Assembly (NCBI GenBank): GCA_900753325.1
Contig: CAADYO010000001.1
Location: 410-64,409 of the forward strand
DNA from: Bacilli bacterium
Lineage (GTDB): Bacteria; Bacillota_I; Bacilli_A; RF39; UBA660
Reading direction: 5' to 3'
DNA length: 64,000 bases
A program made the position numbers and the translations under genes. The first letter of the stretch is position 1; each line of letters begins with the position of its first letter. Shown piece by piece: positions 27,759-38,174 of the stretch. Below the pieces are notes generated by a model that saw only the letters and a program-made list of their open reading frames with translations, ran no database searches and was not told the DNA's origin.

Positions 27759-28182
27759 TTAATGCTTATTAAATCTTCTGGTTAATAATCTTATTAAGTT
27801 TTCTGATGCTGGTAAGTTTTTTCTTCTTGGTACTAAGCTGTAGGTTAGACTTGATAAAGCACCAATGGAAACAAGGGTATCCATGTTAGGAGACTTATTT
27901 ATATTTAAAATATTTGGAACTGGAAATTTCAACATATGACCCATGGAAATATATAAAACAAAAATTACTAAAAAAGTAAAAGTGACTAATTCTTTTGCTT
28001 TCGGTTTTATTTTTCTTCTTTTCATCATAGATACCTAAACTTTTAAAGCCGGCTTTTTCAACAAATTTATTTAAATCATTTATAGTTAAGGTATCATCAT
28101 ACTCTATTAGGGCTTTCTTTTCTTCTAGTGTTCTATGTTTTGATCTGGTACAGTTTTCACATATTTTTTTCATATTCATCAC
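27759..28182 (-). pseudogene. Heavy-metal P-type ATPase (CopA/CadA-like) remnant
   Basis: Two overlapping frames. One is an HMA-domain tail ...ALIEYDDTLTINDLNKFVEKAGFKSLG. The other is the first TM pair ...ISMGHMLKFPVPNILNINKSPNMDTLVSIGALSSLTYSL. The rest of the roughly 700-800 aa enzyme is missing. Confidence 0.6.
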
Positions 28183-28254
28183 CTAAAAACATTATAGGGA
28201 GGGAGGTATTTGTGCCAATAGTTTTTTAAAGAAAAAAGTATACTTTTTTGTATA

Positions 28255-28908
28255 CTATTTTAAAATTTCTTCTATTTCATTTAGTAGTTCTTGAATTTTA
28301 TTAAAAGCTTGAGAAATATGAAGACCATCTACAAATATATGACTTACAGTAATATTTAGGGTTAATTCATATTTGCTATTATTATTTGTATATCTTCCCC
28401 AACATATTCTTGGAACTGTTTGAGAATGTAGTTCTTCTGTCATTGGTTGATTTACTCCTGAAAAGTTTAGCCAAGGAATACAAGTTATATAATATTCATT
28501 CCAAGCATTGGCAAGATTATAACTGCTTTCTGTTAATTTTGTTTCTTGCTTTGCTTCGTCTATATGTTTTTTTGCTAGAAGATAGAAGTCTTTGTAATTT
28601 TTCTTGTTTTCAAACCGAACATTCTCAAAAACGTCATTGGTCGTCATAACTGTAATAGCTGGATTAATATCATCAAAAATAACCGGCTTATTATTAACAA
28701 ACCTCATACGCATTTCTGGAACTGAATTTAGTCCATTAACAACAATATATAACATGTTAATAAAGAAAGATGTATTGGTTATTTTAGAATAATTAACTAG
28801 TTTAGTTACGTCCATAGTAACATTTATTCCATAGGTAGGATTTTTAAATGATTTAAACCAATCATAAGTCTTTTTACGAAGAGAATTTTCTATATCTAAT
28901 TCTTGCAT
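28255..28908 (-). CDS. Type-A chloramphenicol O-acetyltransferase family protein
   Basis: About 217 aa with the C-terminal VSHIFVDGLHISQAF block, corresponding to the catalytic HHAVCDGFH region of CAT. I prefer the ATG at 28908 (GAGGTAGATAAA RBS) over the track start at 28935. Confidence 0.8.
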   Translation of the reverse strand: MQELDIENSLRKKTYDWFKSFKNPTYGINVTMDVTKLVNYSKITNTSFFINMLYIVVNGLNSVPEMRMRFVNNKPVIFDDINPAITVMTTNDVFENVRFENKKNYKDFYLLAKKHIDEAKQETKLTESSYNLANAWNEYYITCIPWLNFSGVNQPMTEELHSQTVPRICWGRYTNNNSKYELTLNITVSHIFVDGLHISQAFNKIQELLNEIEEILK

Positions 28909-28966
28909 TTTATCTACCTCTTTTCTTGATATCAATTATAGCATAGAAAAAGACTAATTAATACTT

Positions 28967-29239
28967 TTAATTGGCCTTTTTAGAAATGATATTTTTGCTA
29001 CATAAATAAGTTATAATAAAGTAACCTCCATAGATAGTAACTAGGAATATAGCAGTCATAATATTTGATGTGAGTAGTCCTTTGGTACCCATTGATTCTG
29101 ATAAGTAGTTAGCAAATTTTATACCAAATATTGAATGAATAATTGCTAAAATAAGCGGTATTGCAAAGAAAATACCAATTTGTTTAAATAGTGTAATATT
29201 TAGCGTTATTGAAACACTGTAAATAAAAGAGCAAATCAA
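28967..29239 (-). pseudogene. C-terminal remnant of a BceB/FtsX-type ABC permease
   Basis: Only the last two or three TM helices remain (FKQIGIFFAIPLILAIIHSIFGIKFANYL...). The fragment begins at a TTG directly after the upstream stop codon, with no RBS. Confidence 0.4.
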
Positions 29240-29246
29240 AATTGAT

Positions 29247-29957
29247 TTACTCTTCGTTTGTTATTTTTGATAATAAATTGTTGTACTGATCAGTTAAAGA
29301 ATTTGTATAAAAAACTATTTCATTATTATCAATTTCCCAATTTCCTTTATTATTAATTAGAAAATTAATTATAGCTTCTTCATCAGTTATTAAAGAGACT
29401 AAATCGTTAATAGAATTTTCAATAGTTTTATCATCATTTATATTATCTACTTCTCCAATTACCTCTTTTTTATAATAGTCTTTATAATAATCATCAATAT
29501 TTTTATCTAGGTAGGACATGGCCTTTTCTTCTGTAAAATATTCTTGTAATTTATTTAAATCTTCAGATAAAACAGTTTTGGCTTTAGCGAGAAAGTTTTT
29601 GGTTTCAACAAAGTCTGGTCCATCTTTTTGATAATTCTCAGCACTTAAAACTTTAACTAGTCTTTCATCTTCCATAACTGCTTTCATTTCACAAATTATA
29701 TCAAAACAATCTGTCATATAGTTTTTATAAGCTGTTTCTACTTTCCTATATTCTCCTTTAGTAACTACTCTATTTAGTATTTTATTAATTTCTTTTTTAT
29801 CGTACTTTTCATTGCTTGTAATTTCATCAAGGTAGTCTATTTCTTTTTTTAATTTTTCTTCTTGATTTAGATCATTTACAACGCCATATGTAATTGCTGA
29901 TAGCGCAATTATAGCTAAAGCTGCTATTCCTAGTATAATTTTTTTCTTTTTTGTCAT
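29247..29957 (-). CDS. Membrane-anchored hypothetical protein (236 aa)
   Basis: N-terminal anchor KKKIILGIAALAIIALSAITYGV followed by an acidic helical domain; AAAGGAAAA RBS. Confidence 0.6.
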   Translation of the reverse strand: MTKKKKIILGIAALAIIALSAITYGVVNDLNQEEKLKKEIDYLDEITSNEKYDKKEINKILNRVVTKGEYRKVETAYKNYMTDCFDIICEMKAVMEDERLVKVLSAENYQKDGPDFVETKNFLAKAKTVLSEDLNKLQEYFTEEKAMSYLDKNIDDYYKDYYKKEVIGEVDNINDDKTIENSINDLVSLITDEEAIINFLINNKGNWEIDNNEIVFYTNSLTDQYNNLLSKITNEE

Positions 29958-29991
29958 ATAAATTTTCCTTTCTCTTTAACAATATTATCTT

Positions 29992-31032
29992 TTACTTATC
30001 ATTTTCTTTTTCATAAGTTGCTTTTATCATGGTATCAATAATTGTGTATAAATAGTTTTTAACGTCTGGATCGACATTACGCATATTTTCGTAAAAGCTT
30101 TTTAGGTCTGACAAACTAAACTTAAAGTTATCAGAATAATCTTTAGGAAGGCTTTTAAAAATACTTTCAAATGTCTCTTCTACTTTTTCTTGATTTAATT
30201 TAGAAAAGCCTATTGTTGTTGACTCATGTAATTGTTTGCTAATATTTGATAATTCTCCTTTAATGAAATGCTCTCCAAACATGCACCAAGAGGTTGGATA
30301 ATGCTCATTAAAAGCTTTCTCTGTACTTTTTACAACTAAATAATCTCTATTATTTAAAATTGTTCCTACAACTGAGCCAGTTGGTAAGATATTAATTAAT
30401 TTTTCTTTTAAGCGGTGATATTTATTACTTTGATATTCTTCTTTTCTAAAACCTGGGCCATCAAAATTATAAATTGTTTTTATTTTGTCATATACTTCAG
30501 TGCTAGCTGTCATTACGCTAGCCATTGCTAGATTACCACCTTTAGAATGACCTACTACATATACTTCTTTATCATTTGAGGCTACATTTTTAACTAAATA
30601 CTCTTGAGCTAAAATTTGTGTATAAGTTGGATATTGATAACCTAGACGAAAGTTCTCAATCCAACCTATTAATGAACCATCGGTTCCTTTGTAACTTATA
30701 ATTTTTATATCATTTATTTTAAATACAGCTGCTCCAAATTGAGTATCATCTTTTTTAATACTTTGAAAATTAGAAATTTTTAAAGTATTATATCTCTTTG
30801 ATGACTTTATAATATCTAATAATTCATAAGCAATTGGTGCCATTACTCCAGATAATTTAGCTTTAAATGGCTGTATGTATGTGAAAAATTCATTGAGAGT
30901 TAACTCTTTATTGTATGAATCTACTGTGATGTAGACTAAGATAGCACATAACAAATTGTCCATTTCATTCCAATGAACTTCTTCTAGAGAATTATCTTTA
31001 TAAAAACTTATATAATCTTTTATCGTATACAT
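29992..31032 (-). CDS. Alpha/beta-hydrolase, DUF2974 (Mbeg1-like lipase) family
   Basis: YKGTDGSLIGWIENF and the nucleophile elbow VVGHSKGGNLA. The start is more likely 31032 (GAGGTGG RBS) than the track start at 31074. Confidence 0.7.
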   Translation of the reverse strand: MYTIKDYISFYKDNSLEEVHWNEMDNLLCAILVYITVDSYNKELTLNEFFTYIQPFKAKLSGVMAPIAYELLDIIKSSKRYNTLKISNFQSIKKDDTQFGAAVFKINDIKIISYKGTDGSLIGWIENFRLGYQYPTYTQILAQEYLVKNVASNDKEVYVVGHSKGGNLAMASVMTASTEVYDKIKTIYNFDGPGFRKEEYQSNKYHRLKEKLINILPTGSVVGTILNNRDYLVVKSTEKAFNEHYPTSWCMFGEHFIKGELSNISKQLHESTTIGFSKLNQEKVEETFESIFKSLPKDYSDNFKFSLSDLKSFYENMRNVDPDVKNYLYTIIDTMIKATYEKENDK

Positions 31033-31126
31033 ATAACCACCTCTGCATTCTTTAAATTTTTCTTCTACACTCATATTATTTTTTCTTACTTCTATATTAT
31101 ATAAGTATTTAAAATTTTATTCAAGT

Positions 31127-32734
31127 TTAGGCATTTAACTTTTTATATTCTTTAGGACCAAAATTTATAAGAATTTGGTATAGTATTACAGTTGTTATTA
31201 ATAAAATTAGAACATTAATAGACATTAGTGACATCAGACTATATTTATCACTAAAATAGTTAATTCCAAGTAAGCTTATAATTGCAATTGTAATACCTAT
31301 AAAGACAGAAATCATACTACTGGCACTTTGCTTTACTACTTCTGTATCACTTGAAGCATTTAGCTTTGGATATTTTAAATTAACTAGTAAACCGATTATA
31401 GCGCTTAAAACGATAGTTATTATACTTAGTAATAGAAGAATAATTATATAAGTAATACTTGGAGTAAATTTAATTATAAATAGTAAGTCAGAAATCAATA
31501 TAAATGGTAATTCTATTATTAGAGCCATTAATATTTTAGACTTTAAAATCATTTTTTCAGATATGGGCAAACTTTTAGTAATATTAATTGTTTTTCCTTC
31601 TAAAGAGATGCTTGATGAGGTAATTGATGTTAATGTACCGACAAAAAGAACTATTCCATAGAATAATAAATTTATAGTAGTATTAATATCAAAGTCCATA
31701 CCTTTTAATAGGTCCTTAAAAGATGCTTCTCCTTTTATAAATAGAAATATTGACATGACTAGTATTAAAATTAATCCGAAACAGGTGTTAAACATATATA
31801 CTGGAGATGAGAAGTATCTTTTTAGTTCCTTTATAGTTAGAGCTTTTAAAGGAGTCCTTTTTTCTTGCAAATCATTTTTCTTTAACTTTTTGGAACTTGT
31901 TTTAATTTCTTTAGACCTAAAGATAATTTTGAAATAAAATTTTGAACCAATATAAACAAAAAGTATTAGTGAAATTGTATTTATTAAAATTAACTTAATT
32001 AGAGTTAAAATATTGAATTTATTTATTAATTCTATGTATGCTCCTATTGGATAATATATTTTAGTAAGTATATCATTAATACTAGTTGCTTTGGTTGCTA
32101 TGTCTTCTATAAAGGTGTTTAAATTTAGACTTAGATTGTAGATTATTAAGAATACTATTAATGAGAGGATCGTTTGAATTACTTTTTTTGCTTTAAATTT
32201 ACTTGATATCATTTTTACTAAGTAACCTACAATACTAGAAATGACAGTTGGTATTATGGGAAGAAGAAAGGTCATTAATAGAGAGATTAAATAAAATTTT
32301 AGACCAGGATGTTCAAATATTATGTAAACTATAAAGGCTGGTAATAAGAACATTAGGTTATAGATATATTGAAAAAGAACTAATTTAAAGAGTCGTAAGA
32401 AAAGAATACTTGATCTTTTTATAGGTAGGGAAAATAATAAGTCATTATCTTTAGCTTCAAATAAGATACCTTGGGATTTATAAATACCTGACATAAAGGT
32501 TAGAATTGTTACTAAAGCTAAAAACATTGATAACATTACAAATGTTAGGTTAACTTTATGTAAAGGTTCTGCTATCATATAAGCATAAAAACTTATAGAT
32601 AAGGAAACTATTAGGAAAAGAAAGATTGGAAAAAGTGTTTTCTTTACTTTACTAGCATTATTTCCTGTTTTATATTTGAACATACTCATGTCTTGACTTA
32701 AGACTGCTTTTAAAAGAGAAAATAGTTTTTTCAT
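31127..32734 (-). CDS. Polytopic ABC exporter permease (putative ABC-exporter family)
   Basis: 535 aa with at least 10 predicted TM segments. It overlaps the upstream ATPase gene by 4 nt. Confidence 0.65.
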   Translation of the reverse strand: MKKLFSLLKAVLSQDMSMFKYKTGNNASKVKKTLFPIFLFLIVSLSISFYAYMIAEPLHKVNLTFVMLSMFLALVTILTFMSGIYKSQGILFEAKDNDLLFSLPIKRSSILFLRLFKLVLFQYIYNLMFLLPAFIVYIIFEHPGLKFYLISLLMTFLLPIIPTVISSIVGYLVKMISSKFKAKKVIQTILSLIVFLIIYNLSLNLNTFIEDIATKATSINDILTKIYYPIGAYIELINKFNILTLIKLILINTISLILFVYIGSKFYFKIIFRSKEIKTSSKKLKKNDLQEKRTPLKALTIKELKRYFSSPVYMFNTCFGLILILVMSIFLFIKGEASFKDLLKGMDFDINTTINLLFYGIVLFVGTLTSITSSSISLEGKTINITKSLPISEKMILKSKILMALIIELPFILISDLLFIIKFTPSITYIIILLLLSIITIVLSAIIGLLVNLKYPKLNASSDTEVVKQSASSMISVFIGITIAIISLLGINYFSDKYSLMSLMSINVLILLITTVILYQILINFGPKEYKKLNA

Positions 32735-33441
32735 TTTTTATCACCTAGTTCTAAGAAGACTTGTTCTAATGATTCAACACCTTTAATATCTTTCATTTTA
32801 CCGGTTTTTACTATTTTACCAGATTTAATTATAGCGACATGGTCACATAGTTTCTCAGCAACATCTAAAATATGAGTTGAGAAAAATACTGTTTTTCCAT
32901 CTTTGGCCATTTGTTTCATCAACTCTTTCATATCATATACAGCTTGGGGATCTAGTCCAACAAATGGTTCATCCATAATTAAAATTTTAGGATTATGAGC
33001 TAAGGCTGCGATAAGGGCAACTTTTTGTTTCATACCATGAGAATAGCTGGAAATATCATTGGTTAATTTATTTTCTAAATCAAACATTTTAGCATATTTT
33101 TCGATGCTTTTTCTTCTCTCTTCTACTCCTACATCATACATATCACAAATAAAATTAATGAAATCGATAGCACGCATATTTTCATATAAATCGGGATTAT
33201 CAGGAACATAGGCCATGTCCATTTTACATTCAATTGGTTTTTCTTTTATTGATTTTCCATTAATTAGAATATCTCCTTCTTCAAAGTCCAAAATGCCGAC
33301 TATTGATTTAATCATAGTTGTTTTACCGGCACCATTATGACCTATAAAAGCAAATATTTCACCAGAATTTATTTTTAGATTTACATTATCTAGAGCTTTT
33401 TTAGTACCATTGTAAGTTTTACTTACGTTTTTTATTTCTAT
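32731..33441 (-). CDS. ABC transporter ATP-binding protein
   Basis: Walker A GHNGAGKTT, signature YSHGMKQK, Walker B ILIMDEPFVGLD. The start is placed at MIEIKNVSKTY (33441), because the track extension to 33519 runs into the upstream gene. Confidence 0.9.
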   Translation of the reverse strand: MEIKNVSKTYNGTKKALDNVNLKINSGEIFAFIGHNGAGKTTMIKSIVGILDFEEGDILINGKSIKEKPIECKMDMAYVPDNPDLYENMRAIDFINFICDMYDVGVEERRKSIEKYAKMFDLENKLTNDISSYSHGMKQKVALIAALAHNPKILIMDEPFVGLDPQAVYDMKELMKQMAKDGKTVFFSTHILDVAEKLCDHVAIIKSGKIVKTGKMKDIKGVESLEQVFLELGDKK

Positions 33442-33521
33442 CATACTTATATTTCCTTTCACGTTAATATTATACAATTTAATTGTATCACTTGATACAT
33501 TATATGTATAGAAAAACAATT

Positions 33522-34073
33522 CTATTTTTGTTTAGAATTGTCAAGACTGTTAATATAGACGTTAAACTCTTTAAAAGTCTGATTTGGAATTACGGTATAA
33601 TACTCAGTTACTGGTCTTGCTACTCCACCGGCCATTTCTTCATAAATAGCATTTATCTTTTCTATGGCTTCTTTTTCTGTTGCAAAATGATAAATACCTT
33701 TTCTTTCTCCATTAGGATGTTCTATTTGATGAACTTTTCCATCTTTTGTATCTTGATAATATAAAATAAAACAGTGCATATGCTCTTCAGCATCTAAATC
33801 ATTAAAGTTATCTTTTTCATAGACTCTAGTACAAAACATTTTATTAGGAATTCCTAAGTTATCTAGGAGAAGATGCATTAAGTTTACTTGCTCTATACAT
33901 GTTCCTAATTTATGTTCTAGTGTTTCTTCAATACTAGCGGTACAATATAGTCTACGAACATTTTCTAAGTTACCGATGTGTTCTTCCTTGTTTAGATCCA
34001 ACCAGCCATATCTTATGTTTTCTTCCATAAATTGTAAGATATCATCTGGTGTTTTTATATCTTTTATTGTCAT
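33522..34073 (-). CDS. Transglutaminase-like cysteine-protease-fold protein
   Basis: LGTCIEQVNLMHLLLDNLGIPNK followed by HMHCFILYY resembles the Cys...His core of transglutaminase-like domains. Weak call. Confidence 0.4.
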   Translation of the reverse strand: MTIKDIKTPDDILQFMEENIRYGWLDLNKEEHIGNLENVRRLYCTASIEETLEHKLGTCIEQVNLMHLLLDNLGIPNKMFCTRVYEKDNFNDLDAEEHMHCFILYYQDTKDGKVHQIEHPNGERKGIYHFATEKEAIEKINAIYEEMAGGVARPVTEYYTVIPNQTFKEFNVYINSLDNSKQK

Positions 34074-34074
34074 T

Positions 34075-34488
34075 TTAATTCTCCTTTTTTAGCCAGGTAT
34101 ACATACCTGATTCTACAAATTCCTTTTTATTTTTAAAACCAAATTTTTCGTAGAATGGTGTTTTGTTTGGAGCAGCTAATAGTTCAACAATTGACTCTTC
34201 ACCTGGTTGTAGAGAAGATTTTATTCTTTCCAATAAATTATTGATTAAGAGTTTTCCTATTCCTTGATGTTGATATTCTGGAACCACTATAACATCAGCA
34301 ATTAAAGTCATATAAGCAGAATCTGTTATTGCTCTAGCCATAGCAATTGTTTTTTTATCTTTAACAAATTTTACAGTTAGACAGTTTTTTAAGGCTATTT
34401 CTAATTGTCTTTTAGAAGGCTGCTTCCAACCAACTGTTTCAATAATACTTAAGAATTCATCTACGGTTAGATTATTTTCTTCTATCAT
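34075..34488 (-). CDS. GNAT-family N-acetyltransferase
   Basis: Acetyl-CoA motif A, YQHQGIGKLLINNLLER; 137 aa. Confidence 0.8.
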   Translation of the reverse strand: MIEENNLTVDEFLSIIETVGWKQPSKRQLEIALKNCLTVKFVKDKKTIAMARAITDSAYMTLIADVIVVPEYQHQGIGKLLINNLLERIKSSLQPGEESIVELLAAPNKTPFYEKFGFKNKKEFVESGMYTWLKKEN

Positions 34489-34805
34489 TATTAATCACTC
34501 CTTATTTTATTTTTACTATTATCTCTTTAAATATTAGGTTATGATACTTAGTTGTTTTATTATCTTCAGTTAGTTTTAGGATTTCATCTTCAGATAATAT
34601 GGCAACGTTTTCTATTTTTCTTGATGATGCTTTATTTTAATTAAATCAAAATCTTTTCTTAGTTAATATATTTCAATAAAGGAATATAGATAATCTCTCC
34701 TTTGAAATAGCAAGTTCTAATTTTTCGTAAGTTTCCCTTATAATAGTAGTTTTGAAAGTTTCTACAAATACGATGTGATTTTCAATAGTTGCATACACAT
34801 TTTTT

Positions 34806-35456
34806 CTATTTAAAATGGACATAATTAAAACCTAAGCGACTATAAACATCATAGGCTCTTGGTGTTTTTAAGATTCTTGCGAATATTAGGTTATAAAATT
34901 CATCAAATAAAATTATAAAACATAGAACTATACTTATGGTCACAAATTTCTTTTTAGGAATTTTTTTAGCTAAATAAAAACAAACTGGTATAATGACATA
35001 CATTAGTAATAATGATGATAACCCAAAGAATAAGACACTTCTTAGACAAACAAAACCATTGATGTTACCAAAGTTTAATATTTCTTGATTATAATCCCAA
35101 CATCTTTTACCATTACCAATAATATACATTCCAAGACCTGAAAAATATTCTAAGATACCCGTTAAAAAAAAGCTTATTAAAAATACTTTCCATGGTTTCT
35201 TACGATATTTATAGGTAAGTAGATAAATCATAATAGAACCAGTTGCATAAATATTAATCCAAGGGAGAAAGTTGCCTCCCCGCCAATAAAATTCTTTCAT
35301 ACCTCCATTAAAATAATAGAAGATAAATTCATATAACCAACCAAACATTCCAGTTATAACAATTACTAAACAAAAGATGGAAATTAAAGTTTCTTTATCA
35401 AATGAATGATTTTTGTTTAGATATTTTTTATACTCTTTTTTAATACTGTCTTTCAT
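34806..35456 (-). CDS. Polytopic membrane protein (PF06541-like, the family named putative ABC-transporter type IV)
   Basis: GMFGWLYEFIFYYF...WRGGNFLPWINIYATGS pattern with about six TM segments. Confidence 0.5.
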   Translation of the reverse strand: MKDSIKKEYKKYLNKNHSFDKETLISIFCLVIVITGMFGWLYEFIFYYFNGGMKEFYWRGGNFLPWINIYATGSIMIYLLTYKYRKKPWKVFLISFFLTGILEYFSGLGMYIIGNGKRCWDYNQEILNFGNINGFVCLRSVLFFGLSSLLLMYVIIPVCFYLAKKIPKKKFVTISIVLCFIILFDEFYNLIFARILKTPRAYDVYSRLGFNYVHFK

Positions 35457-35611
35457 GTAATACTCCCTTTTAAATATATTCTAGCATAGAAATTAATGTT
35501 TTAAAAGTTTTATATTTCAATTCTTATTGTAAATTATGCAATTATTTACTCATTGGTATTTACTTTAGACGAGGTATTTGTTAGAATTTAGATATAATAA
35601 AGGAGTTTAAT

Positions 35612-36226
35612 ATGGAGCAAGAAAATAATAATTTAAATGGACAAGTTAATCCTAATCAAAATGTACCTATACAACCTGTTGTACAGCCTGATGTTAATAC
35701 GATAAATGTTGTTAATCCTTCTGTAATAAATGAACAAATCAATGGTAATTTTGTACAACCAGTGTCGGTTAATAATGAGCCTAATAAGAAGAACAAGAAA
35801 AACGTTGGTGTTTTAATTATCATTTTACTTATTGTAGGCATCGTTATTGGTATTCTTTCTTATTTCTTACTTAACAAGAGTGAAACATTAGAATGTCATA
35901 AGTCAACAAATGGTACTGATATAAAAATTGATAGTGATTTTAAAGTTGTCTTTAAAAATAAAAAAGCAGTTTCTCTTACTGCTACTTCAACAACTGAACT
36001 AAAAGGTGATAACGTTAAATATAAGGAAAAATTTTTAAAAACTTATAAAGAACAATTAGATAGTGAGATTGCAAATGGTTTGGATGGACGTGTGTATTCT
36101 GATGGAAATAAAATTATTTTAGAATATAATGTTAATGGTGATGGTATGACTTCATCATATTTAGCGAGTGATGATTATGACGAGGTTGTTAAATTCTTTA
36201 AAGATGAAGAATATACTTGTAAATAA
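35612..36226 (+). CDS. Membrane-anchored protein with an N/Q/P/V-rich N-terminus and a Cys-bracketed C-terminal domain
   Basis: AAAGGAG RBS, TM VGVLIIILLIVGIVIGILSYFLL, and a domain running from ECHKS to EEYTCK. It resembles 39975..40487. Confidence 0.6.
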   Translation: MEQENNNLNGQVNPNQNVPIQPVVQPDVNTINVVNPSVINEQINGNFVQPVSVNNEPNKKNKKNVGVLIIILLIVGIVIGILSYFLLNKSETLECHKSTNGTDIKIDSDFKVVFKNKKAVSLTATSTTELKGDNVKYKEKFLKTYKEQLDSEIANGLDGRVYSDGNKIILEYNVNGDGMTSSYLASDDYDEVVKFFKDEEYTCK

Positions 36227-36258
36227 ACAATAAAGTCAAGGAAAAAATCCTTGGCTTT

Positions 36259-36425
36259 TTATATTATCTCTTTTAATATTTTTCTAGCCCAAATTCTAAA
36301 TTTTGTTGCTTTCTTAAAATTAACTCTGTAACCTACTGCAATTATGGCATCTAAATTATAAAATCTTAATTTCCTATTTACATTTCTATTGCCCTCTTTT
36401 TGAACTATTCCCATTTTGGAAATAG
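36259..36425 (-). pseudogene. RhuM-family protein fragment
   Basis: Minus-strand translation ...GIVQKEGNRNVNRKLRFYNLDAIIAVGYRVNFKKATKFRIWARKILKEII-stop matches the conserved FYNLDAIISVGYRVNS..FRIWAT core of RhuM. Only about 55 codons remain. Confidence 0.6.
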
Positions 36426-36436
36426 TTTAATCTTTT

Positions 36437-36910
36437 TTAAATGTATTTTTCTAGTATATAGGCATATCCTTTATTTACTTTACCTTCTTTAATTTTATTA
36501 AAAATTTCTTCCTTAGTATACCAATCAATATTAACCACCTCACTAAAGTCATATACTATATTATTTATATCTATTTCATCTTCAATTAGATAAATATTAA
36601 AAATATAGTTATTATATGGATATATTATTGTATCTAAATGTTTTATATTTAAATGTTCTAAATTCAATTCTTCTTTTAATTCTCTTTTTAATCCGGTTAT
36701 TCCATCTTCTCCAGCCAGTATGTGACCTCCTGGAATTGCTAATGTATTATTACTTCTAGCAGTTGCTCTTTCTAATAAATACTTATCGTTATTTTTTATT
36801 AATGCATAAGACATCATTACATAACAATTTTCTGGTATTTCATCTACTCTTCTTCTAATTGTTTTATCTAATTTGTTAAACTTACTATCATACAAATCCT
36901 CTAATTCCAT
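36437..36910 (-). CDS. NUDIX hydrolase
   Basis: Nudix box GGHILAGEDGITGLKRELKEELNL. Confidence 0.85.
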   Translation of the reverse strand: MELEDLYDSKFNKLDKTIRRRVDEIPENCYVMMSYALIKNNDKYLLERATARSNNTLAIPGGHILAGEDGITGLKRELKEELNLEHLNIKHLDTIIYPYNNYIFNIYLIEDEIDINNIVYDFSEVVNIDWYTKEEIFNKIKEGKVNKGYAYILEKYI

Positions 36911-36913
36911 GCT

Positions 36914-38110
36914 TTACCTTCTTTCTAAAATACAAACCGTTTCTATATGATACGTTCTTGGAAACATATTAAATGGAGTGATTTCTACTACTTCATATTC
37001 TTTTAATAAATTGATATCTCTTGCTAGTGTTGCTGGGTCACATGATATATATATAATGTTGTTTGGAGAAAGTCTTTTGATATTTTCTATTGTCTTTTGA
37101 TCTAATCCTGATCTTGGTGGGTCTACTATTATCATATCGATATTTTTAAAGTCCTTTATAACATTTTCTACTTTATTTTCTATAAATTCTATGTTAGTAA
37201 TATTGTTTAATTTTTTATTTAAGTTTGCATCTTCTATATTTGATTTAGAATAGTCAACTCCAGTTATAAGACCATCAACAAATTCTGAAACATAAATACC
37301 AAAACTACCAGTACCAGAGTATAAATCTAATAATCTCTTTGGCTTTACTTTTTCTACTTCAGCTTTTACTTTATCATATAACTTTTCAGTTAATTTTTCA
37401 TTTACCTGGAAAAATGAATCAATAGATAAATAATAATTTTTATTACCAATACTAGTAATAATTCTTTTCTTTTTAGTTAAATATTTATCATTATATACTA
37501 AAATGTCAACTTTTTCTTTTAATTCATTGATATTTGATACTTCACCGGATATTTTTAACATTATTTCTTCTTGATTATTACTCGTACGAATGATTACTTC
37601 TACAATATTGTTATTTTCTCTTGAATTTAACTCTTTTAAAATACTATTAATTTTTGGATTTAATAAATAACATTTATCAATTTTGATGAGATTCTTTGAA
37701 CCTTTTTGATAATAGCCAATTTTTTTATCTTTACCATGAAATGTTACTTTATTTCGATAATAGTATTCATCAGATGATACCGTTTCTTTTACTTTAGTTG
37801 GATTTATTTTTGCAAACTTAACTAGTAGTTCTTGAACTTTACGTCTTTTAAATTCATTTTCTTTTTTAAAAGATAAGTGTTCTAAATCACATCCGCCACA
37901 AATACTATAGTATGGACATTTTTCAATAATTCTATTTGGTGACTTTTCAATAAAATCTACTACTTCGGCTAAAAAATACTTTTTAGTTTCTTTAACTACT
38001 TTAATATTAACTATTTCACCTGGAAGAGCATTTTCAACAAAACAAATTTTGCCAAAAATTTCAGTTATACCACGACCAAAATGATCTAATTTTTCTATTT
38101 TAACATTCAT
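36914..38110 (-). CDS. 23S rRNA (uracil-C5)-methyltransferase, RlmD/RlmCD-like
   Basis: N-terminal TRAM-like domain, Cys cluster CPYYSICGGCDLEH, SAM motif LDLYSGTGSFG, and DPPRSG. Confidence 0.85.
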   Translation of the reverse strand: MNVKIEKLDHFGRGITEIFGKICFVENALPGEIVNIKVVKETKKYFLAEVVDFIEKSPNRIIEKCPYYSICGGCDLEHLSFKKENEFKRRKVQELLVKFAKINPTKVKETVSSDEYYYRNKVTFHGKDKKIGYYQKGSKNLIKIDKCYLLNPKINSILKELNSRENNNIVEVIIRTSNNQEEIMLKISGEVSNINELKEKVDILVYNDKYLTKKKRIITSIGNKNYYLSIDSFFQVNEKLTEKLYDKVKAEVEKVKPKRLLDLYSGTGSFGIYVSEFVDGLITGVDYSKSNIEDANLNKKLNNITNIEFIENKVENVIKDFKNIDMIIVDPPRSGLDQKTIENIKRLSPNNIIYISCDPATLARDINLLKEYEVVEITPFNMFPRTYHIETVCILERR

Positions 38111-38174
38111 AACATACCTCTTTTTTTATTATAGCAAAAGATACATAGTTTTTAAATATAATTACATAATAATA

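Noticed and set aside
34500-34805. Trying to assign a family to the 300-nt gap between the GNAT gene and the membrane protein gene.
   Set aside because: Minus-strand frames give only short pieces (VYATIENHIVFVETFKTTIIRETYEKLELAISKERLSIFLY, ...ENVAILSEDEILKLTEDNK) broken by stops. I cannot recognise a family, so it is listed only as probable decay.
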